Source: Bryobacterales bacterium (lineage in GTDB: Bacteria > Acidobacteriota > Terriglobia > Bryobacterales > UBA6623). Taken from it: DNA of 64,000 nt. Position 1 is the stretch's first letter. Each line of letters starts with the position of its first letter. Made by a program: the position numbers and the translations under genes. Location: assembly GCA_965203925.1 (NCBI GenBank), contig OZ241924.1, forward strand, positions 4,085,894 through 4,149,893, read 5' to 3'. The notes beneath the pieces were generated by a model. That model ran no database searches, had not been told where the DNA came from, and was given only the letters and a program-made list of their open reading frames with translations. Of the stretch, positions 8,496 through 18,534 are shown one piece after another.

Positions 8496-9863
8496 ATGAA
8501 CCGGAACGAATCGGGCACGGACGAGGCACTGAAGGTGATCCGGGGCATGCTCTCGGAACCGGGTCGAAACGTCGTTCTCCGTCGCGAGGTGATTGGCGCG
8601 AGGGTGCCGCCCGGACCTTGTGACCGTGCGCTTCGGAAGCTGCTTTCGATCGGCGAGATCGTGCGCTTCGGGCAAGGCGTCTACTGCGTCGCCGGGGTGA
8701 AGCTCTTCACTGCCCTCGATGAAGTCCTGCAGCGGCTGGGCATCAAGAAGCTGCCCAGCCCCGGGGTCAGGGGGTACAGCCAGTATCTGGGCGGGAACGT
8801 TGTGAGAACGAGTATGCGTGTTGCGCGGCAGCTGCGCCATCGCGGGGTGCGGATCCGATTCGAGACACGCGATGGCAAACTGGTCATGCCAAGGTCGACG
8901 ATGTGCTCCAAGCTCAACGAAATGCCGTCGAGACGTGAGATCGAGGACCACTACCACTCTTTCGAGCGCTGCCACAGCATGGCCCGGGCAGAAAAGGACC
9001 TGCTCGTGGGCAAGGCCGTCTCCTTCTTAGAGCAGTTTGACGGCGGTGACTGCGCCCTGGCGCTTGAGGGTGGCACGGCACTGGCCTACTGCTACAAGTG
9101 GATTCAGCGCTTTTCGGAGGCCTTGGACATCCGCTTCATCCCTCCCCAGAGCTGGCCGTCTCGCAGGTCACCGGAGAGGATCGAGCGTTTCCGCGACTTC
9201 GGCCAGAGGTTTGCCGCAGCCGTTGCCAAGAAGCTTCCGTGGCTAACGCGGTCGAAGAAGGGTCGTTTCAGGCCAGATGGGTCGGTGCAGCCCCTGATCT
9301 TCGACTTCACCAGTCGCACTTCACATGCGGACGTGATGCAAGGCATCAAGTTTGAGCTAGTGGACAGGCGCTGGCATTTGCCGTTATGCCCGGTCGTGCG
9401 CCGCACGGGACGAGTTCTCATGGCAATCGACGCAGCGGAGATTGCAGCGGGCAAGTGGCAGGCGCTTGCGACAAGGCTGCCGCGAAAGCCTGGCTATGCC
9501 GACTTGGTGCGCCACCCGGCGGACTTGGCCCAGATCAGTTCGGGGATCGGACGCTTGGAGCGTGGCGCGATCTGCGAAGTCGTCAAGGGCTGGGGTGGTG
9601 TCAGTGAGGAGAGCTTGGTGGGCGGCCTAGACGCGCTCATCAATCAGCCGCAATGGGAGTTGAACTATTTGGACTACATGGACCGCATGGGAACGCGGCC
9701 CGTCAGCGAATTTGTCGGGGACCACCTGCCGTGGGACGAGCTTCGCAACCGGCTTTGTGCGGCAACGGTGGATTCAGGACTGGTACACCCAGACTCCCTG
9801 CGGGACATCAGGGGCTGGACTCCCGGCAAGCGTGCATTGCAGGACTGCGGCCCACCGCGCTAG
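8496..9863 (+). CDS. Fusion of an AbiEi-like winged-helix N-terminus to an AbiEii/DUF1814-like nucleotidyltransferase
   Basis: The N-terminus, ALKVIRGML...CDRALRKLLSIGEIVRFGQGVYCV, resembles AbiEi antitoxin wHTH domains. The central LEGGTALAYCYKWIQRFSEALDIRF resembles the AbiEii GG(T/S)AL...RxSxDxDF block, and the later GKWQALATR...DLVRHPADL resembles the K..R..RDxYDL block. The start (ATG 8496 versus the earlier 8403) is uncertain. Confidence 0.6.
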   Translation: MNRNESGTDEALKVIRGMLSEPGRNVVLRREVIGARVPPGPCDRALRKLLSIGEIVRFGQGVYCVAGVKLFTALDEVLQRLGIKKLPSPGVRGYSQYLGGNVVRTSMRVARQLRHRGVRIRFETRDGKLVMPRSTMCSKLNEMPSRREIEDHYHSFERCHSMARAEKDLLVGKAVSFLEQFDGGDCALALEGGTALAYCYKWIQRFSEALDIRFIPPQSWPSRRSPERIERFRDFGQRFAAAVAKKLPWLTRSKKGRFRPDGSVQPLIFDFTSRTSHADVMQGIKFELVDRRWHLPLCPVVRRTGRVLMAIDAAEIAAGKWQALATRLPRKPGYADLVRHPADLAQISSGIGRLERGAICEVVKGWGGVSEESLVGGLDALINQPQWELNYLDYMDRMGTRPVSEFVGDHLPWDELRNRLCAATVDSGLVHPDSLRDIRGWTPGKRALQDCGPPR

Positions 9864-10139
9864 CCCCGGCCACGAGGAGCTCCCTCGACTCATGCTCGAG
9901 CACGACTCATCGGCAGTCGCGGACAGATTCTGACGGGGGACCAATGACCGGATCTGGCCGTTGATGGCGGATCGTCCGATCGCAGGGGCATTCTCACTGT
10001 CGGGGTTGATTCGCTCTCGTCAAACACTCCGCCACCAGTCGACTTCTCCTGCAACCGGGCTCTGGATAAGGTTGTTTTCGAATAGTCCTCCATCATCCCC
10101 CAGCTTCTGACCGCCGTCGCTAGAATTGGGTTCTACGGA

Positions 10140-12575
10140 ATGGCGTCCCGATGGAGAAGGGCCCTCATGCGGGGCCCGTGGCCGACAGCCCGTGAGTGGA
10201 AGGCGGCTGCAATGGTCTGCTTTGCCGCGTTTCCCGCGGCAGCGGTCGACGAAGAGCGCCTTTCTGGGATTCTGGAAAGACACTGCGTGGTCTGCCACGG
10301 CCCCGCTGTTCAGAACGCGGATCTGCGCCTTGACAGCCTCCCCGCCCAATTCGGCGGGGACCGGCGTGCGGCCGAAGTCTGGCAGGACGTCTTGGATGTC
10401 GTGGGCCGAGGCGAGATGCCGCCGGAGGGTGCGCCGCCGCTTGAGGCGCTGGACTTGGACGTTCTCCTGAGTTCGGTGCGGTCGCTGCTCGCGGAAGGCC
10501 GAGCGGCAGGCCGTACCAGCGCACGGCCCTTGGTCGTGATGCGCCGGCTAAACCGGGCCGAGTACCAGAACACCATGCGCGACCTGCTTGGCCTAGACAT
10601 CGACTATGTCCGGCACCTGCCTCGCGACCAGGCCAGCCGGGCTGGATTCCACAACAACGGGGCCGCCCTGAGGGTATCCGCGCAGCACTTGGAGCACTAC
10701 CTGCGCGCGGCCCGCGATGGTTTGCGAAGGGCGATCGTGTCAGGTCCGCCGCCACCGGTCCACGAGCACACCGCCTCAGAGACTGTCGTGGACAAGCTCA
10801 AGAACATGCATTGGTCCACCCGGCTCGGACGGACAGGGACGTTCGTGGCGCGTGTTCCGGAGTTTCCCGACGAAGGCGAGTTTGTCCTCCGGGTCCGCGC
10901 ACGGGCGACCGTGCCCCAGGGTGCTCCATACCCGCGGATGCGGGTTGTGATGGGCTATCGAGCGGATACCCAGACACCGTCCCGGACAGTGGCCGAAGTT
11001 GACGTGACGGACACCGGCGTGCAGGACTTCGAGTTTCGAGGACGCATAGAGGAGTACCCGCTGCAAAGCCGCACGCAGAGCAAATACCCAGGACTGCTCA
11101 TCTGGATCTCGAATGTCTACACCGACGGGCAGGCCGCGCCTGCTGGAACGAAGGTGAGCGCGGACGGCATAGGGGGCAAAGGGGACCACTGGGTGTGGCC
11201 AGTGGACCACGACTTCCCGTCGATCGTCATAGAGGAGGTCTCCTTCAAGGCGCCCGTGTTCGAGTCCTGGCCTCCGGCCCACCACTTGAGCATCCTCCCT
11301 TGCAAGCCGGGAACCCCGTCCGGCGAGCGCGAGTGCTTCGCGAAGGCCGCTCGCCGCTTCATGCGCCGCGCCTACCGCCGACCGGTTGGCCGGAAAGACC
11401 TAGCGCCGGTGATGGGCCACTTCGACGCTGTCCGCCCGGCAGTCGGCGATTTCGCCGAATCCGCCCGGGAAGCCCTTTCCGTTGTTCTGGTCTCACCCAG
11501 CTTCCTCTACCGAGTCGAGTCGTCGAGGCAGGGCCAACGGCTGACGGATCACCAGATCGCTTCTCGGCTCTCGTTCTTCCTGTGGAGCACGATGCCCGAC
11601 GACCGGCTTATGCGCCTGGCAGACCGCGGCATCCTAGGGCGCGCGGCTGTGCTGCGCGCGGAGGTGAGCCGGATGCTGGACTCTCCCCGCTCGCAGCAGT
11701 TTGTCGCGCAGTTCACAGACCAATGGCTTGACTTGCAGGGTGTGCACAGGGTGGCGATCAATCCGAACTACTATCCGGACTTCGACCCCACCCTCAAGGC
11801 CGACATGGTCGAAGAAACGCGACATTTCGTCGCGGCCGTGCTGAGGGACCGTCTCAGTGCCCTGAACTTCCTCAGGTCCGACTTCACGATGCTGAACCAA
11901 CGCCTGGCCCGCCATTACGCCGTCGAGGGCCCTAGAGGAGGCGCATTCGAGCGCGTCGAGCTGTCCGGGAGCGGGAGGGCAGGGGGATTGCTGGGTCATG
12001 GAAGCGTTCTGCTGTCCAATTCCACTGGTGAGGACTCGCACCCTGTCGAGAGAGGTGTCTGGGTGCGGACCGCGCTGTTGGGCGACCCACCGGCGCCGCC
12101 CCCACCTGCAGTCCCGAACCTTGCGCAGGGCGGAGCGGACATCGAGCTTCTTCCCGTCCAGGAGCAGCTTGTGGTGCATCGGGACAGTCCCGCATGCGCC
12201 CACTGCCACAAGGACATCGATCCTTGGGGCATCCCCCTAGAGGGCTTCGACGCGGTGGGCTTGCGCCGGGAGGCCGTCACCCGCCGTTCCGGGAACCGGG
12301 TCGAGACACACCCGGTGGATGCCAAGACGACGCTGCCGGGGGGCGTGGAGGTTGACGGAATCGACGAACTCTCCGCCTATCTGGCCACGGAGCAGCGACG
12401 GCGCTTTGCAAGGGCACTGGTCTCGCGAATGCTCTCGTATGCCTTGGGGCGTGACATCCAGCCACCCGACGGTCCGGCCATAGACGAGTTGACCGGGCGC
12501 TTCGAGCGGGCCGGATACCGCTTGAGCGACCTTTGTGCCATCATCGTTACCAGTGAGCTCTTCCGTCAGGGCTGA
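10140..12575 (+). CDS. DUF1592-family protein (CxxCH motif plus DUF1587/1592/1595/1588/1585-type architecture)
   Basis: CVVCHG lies near the N-terminus. The long C-terminal region carries blocks typical of this family (FLWSTMPDD, FTDQWLDL, CAHCHKDIDPWG). A DUF1552 gene follows after 13 nt. Confidence 0.75.
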   Translation: MASRWRRALMRGPWPTAREWKAAAMVCFAAFPAAAVDEERLSGILERHCVVCHGPAVQNADLRLDSLPAQFGGDRRAAEVWQDVLDVVGRGEMPPEGAPPLEALDLDVLLSSVRSLLAEGRAAGRTSARPLVVMRRLNRAEYQNTMRDLLGLDIDYVRHLPRDQASRAGFHNNGAALRVSAQHLEHYLRAARDGLRRAIVSGPPPPVHEHTASETVVDKLKNMHWSTRLGRTGTFVARVPEFPDEGEFVLRVRARATVPQGAPYPRMRVVMGYRADTQTPSRTVAEVDVTDTGVQDFEFRGRIEEYPLQSRTQSKYPGLLIWISNVYTDGQAAPAGTKVSADGIGGKGDHWVWPVDHDFPSIVIEEVSFKAPVFESWPPAHHLSILPCKPGTPSGERECFAKAARRFMRRAYRRPVGRKDLAPVMGHFDAVRPAVGDFAESAREALSVVLVSPSFLYRVESSRQGQRLTDHQIASRLSFFLWSTMPDDRLMRLADRGILGRAAVLRAEVSRMLDSPRSQQFVAQFTDQWLDLQGVHRVAINPNYYPDFDPTLKADMVEETRHFVAAVLRDRLSALNFLRSDFTMLNQRLARHYAVEGPRGGAFERVELSGSGRAGGLLGHGSVLLSNSTGEDSHPVERGVWVRTALLGDPPAPPPPAVPNLAQGGADIELLPVQEQLVVHRDSPACAHCHKDIDPWGIPLEGFDAVGLRREAVTRRSGNRVETHPVDAKTTLPGGVEVDGIDELSAYLATEQRRRFARALVSRMLSYALGRDIQPPDGPAIDELTGRFERAGYRLSDLCAIIVTSELFRQG

Positions 12576-12588
12576 GCCCGGTCAGACC

Positions 12589-13920
12589 ATGCCAATCGAA
12601 ACCCAGCGCTTTCGGCGTCGGGCATTCTTGCGTGGCACCGGAGTTGCGCTGGCCCTACCTTGGCTGGAATCCTTGGCGGAAGGAAGGCAGAGTCCCTTGC
12701 CCAGGAGATTCTGCGCCGTGTACTTCCCCTACGGAATTGTCGATCGCCAGCCGGGAAGCCCCGCGGCGGACTGGAACTGGTTCCCGAGCGGCTCCGGCCG
12801 CAACTTCCGTTTCAATCGCAGCTTGGCCCCTCTTGAGCCGCTGCGGTCCGATCTGACCGTACTTGGTGGGCTTTCCCATCCGAAGGGCCGCAATATGGGT
12901 GGCCACGACACGGCGGACACCTGGCTGACCGCGGCGGAGCTCAAGGAAGGCCACCTGGACAACACAGTGTCTGTGGACCAGATGGCCGCGATGCACATAG
13001 GTGAAGAGACGCGCTTTCCATCCCTTGTGCTTTCCAGCGACGGCGGAGTGGGCGAGCCGACGCGGGCCAGCACTCTTTCCTTCAGCCGGACGGGCCAGCC
13101 CGTCCCGGCTGACAACCGGCCAGGGCCGGTCTTCGAGCGGCTCTTCGGCTTGGACGACCGGTCCTTGGAGGCGCGCCGCGTCAGCTTGGACCGTTCGCGG
13201 AGCATGCTGGATCTCGTTCTGAGCCATTCTCACAGCCTGCGCAGCGGGCTGGCGAACCACGACAGGGTCAAGCTTGACGAATACTTGGAGTCTGTCCGGC
13301 AGATCGAGCGCCGCGTCGAGCGGTCAAGACAGTGGCTGGAGGTCCCCAAGCCGTCGGTAAACGCTGCCGGGCTGCGCCTAGAGGCGGATGACACGACGCC
13401 GGCCGAGTTGATCAGGACAATGTACGACCTGATCTACTTGGCCTTCCGGACAGACTCGACGCGTCTCGCCACATACCAGATCGGAAATATGAACGGTGCG
13501 ACTTCGATTGCTGGGAAGTTCCCTCAGCTCCTCGGCTTGTCGGACAACATGCACAAGCTGGCGCACGATGCGCGCAAGGGTGACGCTGGCGCCGAGCCCT
13601 TGGGGCGGTGGGACCTGTTCCTGACCCGGCAGTTCGCGTACTTCTTAGAGCGATTGAAGAACACTCGGGAAGGGGATGGGACGCTGCTGGACCGCACGGT
13701 CGTTTTGTACGGCAGCAGCAACAGCCAGACACACGTCAACCTGAACTATCCGCTGGTGCTCGCCGGCGGCAAGAGTTTGGGTTTCGGGCATGGCCGCTAC
13801 TTGCGCTTTGGCGATGACGCTCCTATGGCGAACCTCTTCGTGACCATCCTTGGCGGTCTCGGCTTGGCGGTCGATGGCTTTGCGGACAGCACTGGCCCCT
13901 TGGAACAGGTCCTGGCGTAG
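12589..13920 (+). CDS. DUF1552 domain protein with Tat-type signal
   Basis: MPIETQRFRRRAFLRGTGVALALPWLESL is the canonical DUF1552 N-terminus. Start trimmed to ATG 12589. Confidence 0.8.
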   Translation: MPIETQRFRRRAFLRGTGVALALPWLESLAEGRQSPLPRRFCAVYFPYGIVDRQPGSPAADWNWFPSGSGRNFRFNRSLAPLEPLRSDLTVLGGLSHPKGRNMGGHDTADTWLTAAELKEGHLDNTVSVDQMAAMHIGEETRFPSLVLSSDGGVGEPTRASTLSFSRTGQPVPADNRPGPVFERLFGLDDRSLEARRVSLDRSRSMLDLVLSHSHSLRSGLANHDRVKLDEYLESVRQIERRVERSRQWLEVPKPSVNAAGLRLEADDTTPAELIRTMYDLIYLAFRTDSTRLATYQIGNMNGATSIAGKFPQLLGLSDNMHKLAHDARKGDAGAEPLGRWDLFLTRQFAYFLERLKNTREGDGTLLDRTVVLYGSSNSQTHVNLNYPLVLAGGKSLGFGHGRYLRFGDDAPMANLFVTILGGLGLAVDGFADSTGPLEQVLA

Positions 13921-13968
13921 GGAACCCTCGCGTCCCCCATTTCCGCCCGGGGATCGCGCGGGCAGCGA

Positions 13969-16900
13969 TCACGCATTCCGGATGAGGCCAAGCAGTTCGT
14001 CAGCCGAGAGCTTGCCGCTCATGTCGGCGCCTTCGAGGAGACTGTCGGCCAAGTCGCGTTTGGTCGCGTGCAAGTCAACGATCTTCTCCTCAATCGAATT
14101 CTTCATGACCAGCCGGTAGACCGTCACCGGTCGGGTCTGGCCGATTCTGTGAGCGCGGTCTGATGCTTGATCCTCCACAGCAGGGTTCCACCAGGGGTCA
14201 AGGTGAATCACGTAGTCGGCTGCCGTGAGGTTCAGCCCGTGCCCCCCCGCACGAAGGCTGATCAGGAAGAGGTCCGAAGCGCCCGCCTGGAACTTCGCGA
14301 CCTCCCTCTTGCGGGCGGCCTTCGGCGTACTGCCGTCCAGATAGCGGTATGTGATACCCTCCTTGTCAAGGCTCTCCCGGACGATGGCCAGATGGGAGAC
14401 GAACTGGCTGAAGACCAGCGCCTTGTGGCCACCGTCCTTGAGATCCCGGACGATTCGCAAGAACGCTGCCAGCTTGGAGCCCGCGGTCGCTGTCCCGGAC
14501 ATGGCCAGCCGAGGGTGGCAGCATGCAAGTCGGAGCTTCGTGAGCTCCGCAAAGATGCGCAAGTGCTTGCCGCCCTTTTCGCTGCTGCCGGACTCTAAGG
14601 AGGCGATTGCCGTCAGTCGGACGGCTTCGTAGAGCGCCCGCTCTTCCTTGCTCATCTCGACTCGCTGGGTGACCTCCGTGCGGGGCGGGAGTTCGTCGAG
14701 CACCGCCGCTTTCGTCCGCCTCAGGATGAACGGCTGGAGCAGGCCCTTGAGGCGGCGGCGGACCTTGGAGTCCTTGTCCCGGTGAATCGGAATGGCGAAA
14801 TTCGCGGAGAAGGACTCCAAAGAGCCCAGCAGGCCGGGATTGATGAAGTTGAACAGGTTCCACATCTCTCCGAGGTGGTTCTCGATTGGAGTGCCGGTCG
14901 TAATCATGCGGAACTTGCCTCGAAGCCGCATCGCGGCCTTTGACCGCATCGTTTCCCGATTCTTGATGGCCTGGGCTTCGTCGAGTATGACCATCTCCCA
15001 CTGCTGCGTGGACAGCAGATCGGACTCTTGATGCAGCAGGCCGTAGCTGCATACCAGCACATCAAAGGGCCCTAGGTCCTTGAGCAGCAGCTTTCTGTTC
15101 TTTGACGGGAACTCAAGGGCGCTGAGGGCCGGTGTGAACCGGCGGGCCTCGTCGATCCAGTTCGCACATACCGAAGTGGGGGCGACTACGAGTGTGGGGC
15201 CATCCGGCGCCCTCGCAAGCGCGACCGAGAGGGCTTGGATCGTCTTGCCGAGGCCCATGTCATCCGCGAGGCAGGCTCCCGCGCCCCATGCAGCCAATCG
15301 GGACGCCCACCGGAACCCGTCCACCTGATAGTCCCGCAGTTGAGCCTGCAGGGTGGTCGGCAGTGTCGGGATCAACTGTTCCGCGTCGCGGAAGCGCCGG
15401 AGCTGCCGGGACCAAGACTCGTCTGCATCCAATTCGCCAGCCTCGTCGGCGATCCCCTCTATCGCGTGCGCTCGGATCGGTCGAAAACGCAGGCCCTTCT
15501 TGCCGTGCCGCTCCGCGTACCCGGCAAGATCGTCGATCTTCTTTTGAAGGGCCGACGTGAGCGCCACGAATTCGCGTTCGCCGATCTGGAGGAACCTTCC
15601 CGTGGCACTCTTGGACCGCTCGATGAGTTCGCGCAGGCTGAGCACGAGGCCCTCATCCAGTTCGATCGCCCCATCGATGCCGAACCAGTCTCGGGCTTTC
15701 CGGATCTTGAGTGCCAGTCGATCAGTTCCCGCAATTCCGAGGATGCGCAGGGGCTTTCCCTTCGGCCAGCCCACGATCACGCCATCGCCGATCTGCCACA
15801 GTTGCTCAAGCAGCTCTAGGCAATCGAGCGGCTCCGGAACCAACCAAGCATCGCCATCGCGCTCGGCATCCCTCAGCACTGGACACGCCTTAACAATCTC
15901 ACGCAACTTGCGGGTTTCAAGCTTTAGGTTTCGATTTACCTTCACGCGCTTCTGGTCGACGACTGAGAACACCACACGAGCTCCCCTGCCGGGGAAGTAA
16001 CTCGGACCGCCCTTCGATAGTGGGACGACTAGAGCTTCTGCCTGCAGGCCTTTCCCATGTGGAGTCAAGTGGATCCTCGGAGTGGAATCTGCTGGCTTTT
16101 CTACTACATCTGCTCCATCACCGCCTATGTCAGACTGGACCGATAACAGACCACTGACTGCTGCGACAGCTTTGTTGACTCTCGTTTTTGACGACACCGG
16201 GACGGTCAAGGCTCCCCCGCCAAGCGCATTTATGAGTTGTCTATGCTTTTCCTCAAATATAGTGACGACTATCTTTCCAGAATTTGGCTGTGTTATGACA
16301 ACACTTCCTTCCACTGGAAGTTTCGGAACAAGCCGGATCTTCACTTTGCCGTGCCGCGACGAGACCTTTAGCTGAGGTTCATCTTTGGTCACTTCCATCT
16401 GTTCACTAGGATTGGCCTCCTGAAATACCAGAGGGTGCCCGGCCAGTCTCACAATTGCGTCTTCAGGATCGATGTAATAGTCCGATGGCCCCCAAGACTT
16501 GATGGCCCCGCATACCCTGACATCGTCAAGCGTGACGTATTCTGGCTTGTCATCACTACCTAAGTGTTTCAGCGCAACCTTGCGGCCCTTTGACCAGCGA
16601 CCAGACTTTAGACGAGTCTGTAAGATGGGCGTAACGGACGCTGCTTTTTTCTTGTAGGAAACCCGCCAAACCAGTCGGGGCATCTTGGTCGCGCTCTTTT
16701 TCTCTGTTGATTCGATACCCAACCGCTCAAGGGCTTGCAAGCTGCGCTCCCATGTGGATTGGAGATCTATGGCCGACATAAGTGGAGAACAGTCCAGATC
16801 CGCATGGCTCGAAAAATCCGGGTGAGGAGTGGGTTTGCCACCATGGTGTCTGAACACGCTGTCGAACTCAGCAGATAGCCATCGATAATCGACTGCGCTA

Positions 16901-18147
16901 CTGTGTAGAAGCATGATTTCAATGGATTCCATCAGGGACGTACTGGCCTTCAAATCCATCCAAATGACCGCGAGAAATGTGATCAGAATCTCCTGAGGAT
17001 CGACTAAACTATGCTTCTTCTCAATGCTTCCATACAGGTCTCTCGATTCCTGTATTCTACCGCCAACCATCATACCCACACATTGGAGGATCGAGTATAC
17101 TACCTCTTTCCAAGGTCGTTTCTTGAGCGCTCTTTTCAAGTACTCAAGTCCTTCTTTGATTGACGATTGGCTACCGATTCCGAAACATGACACAAGATAG
17201 TATAACTCGCACTTTGGGTGGATCAAAACCTTGCGTCTTCGGTGTTCCTTTTTTCGCCGCTTGACCGACTCTCTGAAGGCTTCCAGTGAGCGTTTGTAAT
17301 CACCTTGCATGCACAATACTCTGCCGAGAAAAGCGTAACGATCATCAGCATCTATATACGTAAGCGCTTTATGTGATGTGGGTAGATTGCCTCGAAGTAG
17401 ACTATGGTCTGCCATCAGGGACAAGTCTAGATCTGCGGTGGAGGACTCAGTCATGATGCGATTCAAGACTTCGAGTATGTCATCTGCCTCAAGGAGCAAT
17501 GCAGTGCGCATTGCCAAGAGATTTCCGAGAGCAGGATTGCGAATCTCTGGATCTCTTGAGAACATCCATTCTGGATCAAAAGGATTATCGAAGACCTCTT
17601 GTATGAAGTCCATTTGCGAATACTGCGAATCGACTTCGTGCCATATATATGAGCTCATGACTCTGGAATAGATCGTAGAATCGTTGAGATAAGCAGCCCA
17701 TCTGGCAAAAGCAATAGCTTCCTGCTTATCATAAAAATACACATAAGACGAGCCACGACTGTAGTTGCGATACCCAGACTTGTCGATGATCTTCACCCAT
17801 GTCTCGAACCTGCCCTTGCCCGCTGCATGCCGGGCGATCAACTCCACAACGAGAGAATTGCATTCGAATCGATGCTGCTGCTTCTCCAGAATCTTCTTCT
17901 TGACTAGAGCCCTTGCGGCTCGATTGAGGGTGCTCTCCGCGTTGCCGACGGGTTTGGCGTTCCCCATTGGCGTTCCGGCCAGCTTCAGCAGCTGATGAGC
18001 AAGACCGATCGAGGCTGGCTCGTACAGCACGGCCAGCACCTCCGTCAGGTCGCGCTCCAAGCGTCGCAAGCCTTGGTACACCCTGAAGAGCCCTTGCGAG
18101 GCGGTTGTCGTTTCCTTCTGTTGCTTCATTCGGTCGCCTCGGCTCAT
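13969..18147 (-). CDS. SNF2/Rad54-family helicase (1392 aa) with a long N-terminal non-helicase region
   Basis: SNF2 motifs are present: LADDMGLGKTIQ (I), ILDEAQAIKN (II), TGTPIEN (III), and the helicase-C block LISLRAGGHGLNLTAADYVIHLDPWWNPAVEDQASDRAHRIGQ. The N-terminal roughly 900 aa hold a wHTH-like start, helical repeats and an SNF2-associated-like middle. Confidence 0.85.
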   Translation of the reverse strand: MSRGDRMKQQKETTTASQGLFRVYQGLRRLERDLTEVLAVLYEPASIGLAHQLLKLAGTPMGNAKPVGNAESTLNRAARALVKKKILEKQQHRFECNSLVVELIARHAAGKGRFETWVKIIDKSGYRNYSRGSSYVYFYDKQEAIAFARWAAYLNDSTIYSRVMSSYIWHEVDSQYSQMDFIQEVFDNPFDPEWMFSRDPEIRNPALGNLLAMRTALLLEADDILEVLNRIMTESSTADLDLSLMADHSLLRGNLPTSHKALTYIDADDRYAFLGRVLCMQGDYKRSLEAFRESVKRRKKEHRRRKVLIHPKCELYYLVSCFGIGSQSSIKEGLEYLKRALKKRPWKEVVYSILQCVGMMVGGRIQESRDLYGSIEKKHSLVDPQEILITFLAVIWMDLKASTSLMESIEIMLLHSSAVDYRWLSAEFDSVFRHHGGKPTPHPDFSSHADLDCSPLMSAIDLQSTWERSLQALERLGIESTEKKSATKMPRLVWRVSYKKKAASVTPILQTRLKSGRWSKGRKVALKHLGSDDKPEYVTLDDVRVCGAIKSWGPSDYYIDPEDAIVRLAGHPLVFQEANPSEQMEVTKDEPQLKVSSRHGKVKIRLVPKLPVEGSVVITQPNSGKIVVTIFEEKHRQLINALGGGALTVPVSSKTRVNKAVAAVSGLLSVQSDIGGDGADVVEKPADSTPRIHLTPHGKGLQAEALVVPLSKGGPSYFPGRGARVVFSVVDQKRVKVNRNLKLETRKLREIVKACPVLRDAERDGDAWLVPEPLDCLELLEQLWQIGDGVIVGWPKGKPLRILGIAGTDRLALKIRKARDWFGIDGAIELDEGLVLSLRELIERSKSATGRFLQIGEREFVALTSALQKKIDDLAGYAERHGKKGLRFRPIRAHAIEGIADEAGELDADESWSRQLRRFRDAEQLIPTLPTTLQAQLRDYQVDGFRWASRLAAWGAGACLADDMGLGKTIQALSVALARAPDGPTLVVAPTSVCANWIDEARRFTPALSALEFPSKNRKLLLKDLGPFDVLVCSYGLLHQESDLLSTQQWEMVILDEAQAIKNRETMRSKAAMRLRGKFRMITTGTPIENHLGEMWNLFNFINPGLLGSLESFSANFAIPIHRDKDSKVRRRLKGLLQPFILRRTKAAVLDELPPRTEVTQRVEMSKEERALYEAVRLTAIASLESGSSEKGGKHLRIFAELTKLRLACCHPRLAMSGTATAGSKLAAFLRIVRDLKDGGHKALVFSQFVSHLAIVRESLDKEGITYRYLDGSTPKAARKREVAKFQAGASDLFLISLRAGGHGLNLTAADYVIHLDPWWNPAVEDQASDRAHRIGQTRPVTVYRLVMKNSIEEKIVDLHATKRDLADSLLEGADMSGKLSADELLGLIRNA

Positions 18148-18534
18148 GCGGGAAGCAGACGAGCCAACACCTTCTCGTCAGGTCCGGACCCAGGACTTGG
18201 CCACAACGGACTCTAGCCTCTGCCCGCAGGTCGGCCGCTGCTGCAGGTGGGCGCACACCGTAGCGGGCACAAGCAGACCCTCATCTGGTAATACCATGCC
18301 ACGCTGTCGGGCGGCACGACGTTCCGGGCATGCCCAGGCGATAGAAGTCGGCGGCGTTGGGGTGGCATCGCGCATGCGGGAGGCAGCGGAAGACTGACCG
18401 GAGAGTTGCCGGCCCGCGAAGCCGACCAAAGGGTGTGCAGTGCTGTTCCAATGTGGCAATGGGCTGGTTTAGGCCACGGGTTTCGGGTCTGTCCTTGCCG
18501 GGCATGTGGAATAATGTGGCCGGGAGCAGGCTTG

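Noticed and set aside
4410-18147. A DISARM-like defence system, suggested by the presence of a PLD-domain gene and an SNF2 helicase.
   Set aside because: The two genes are 8 kb apart and separated by an IS, the AbiE-like gene and a DUF1592/DUF1552 operon. No DUF1998, DrmA-type helicase or methyltransferase gene is present.
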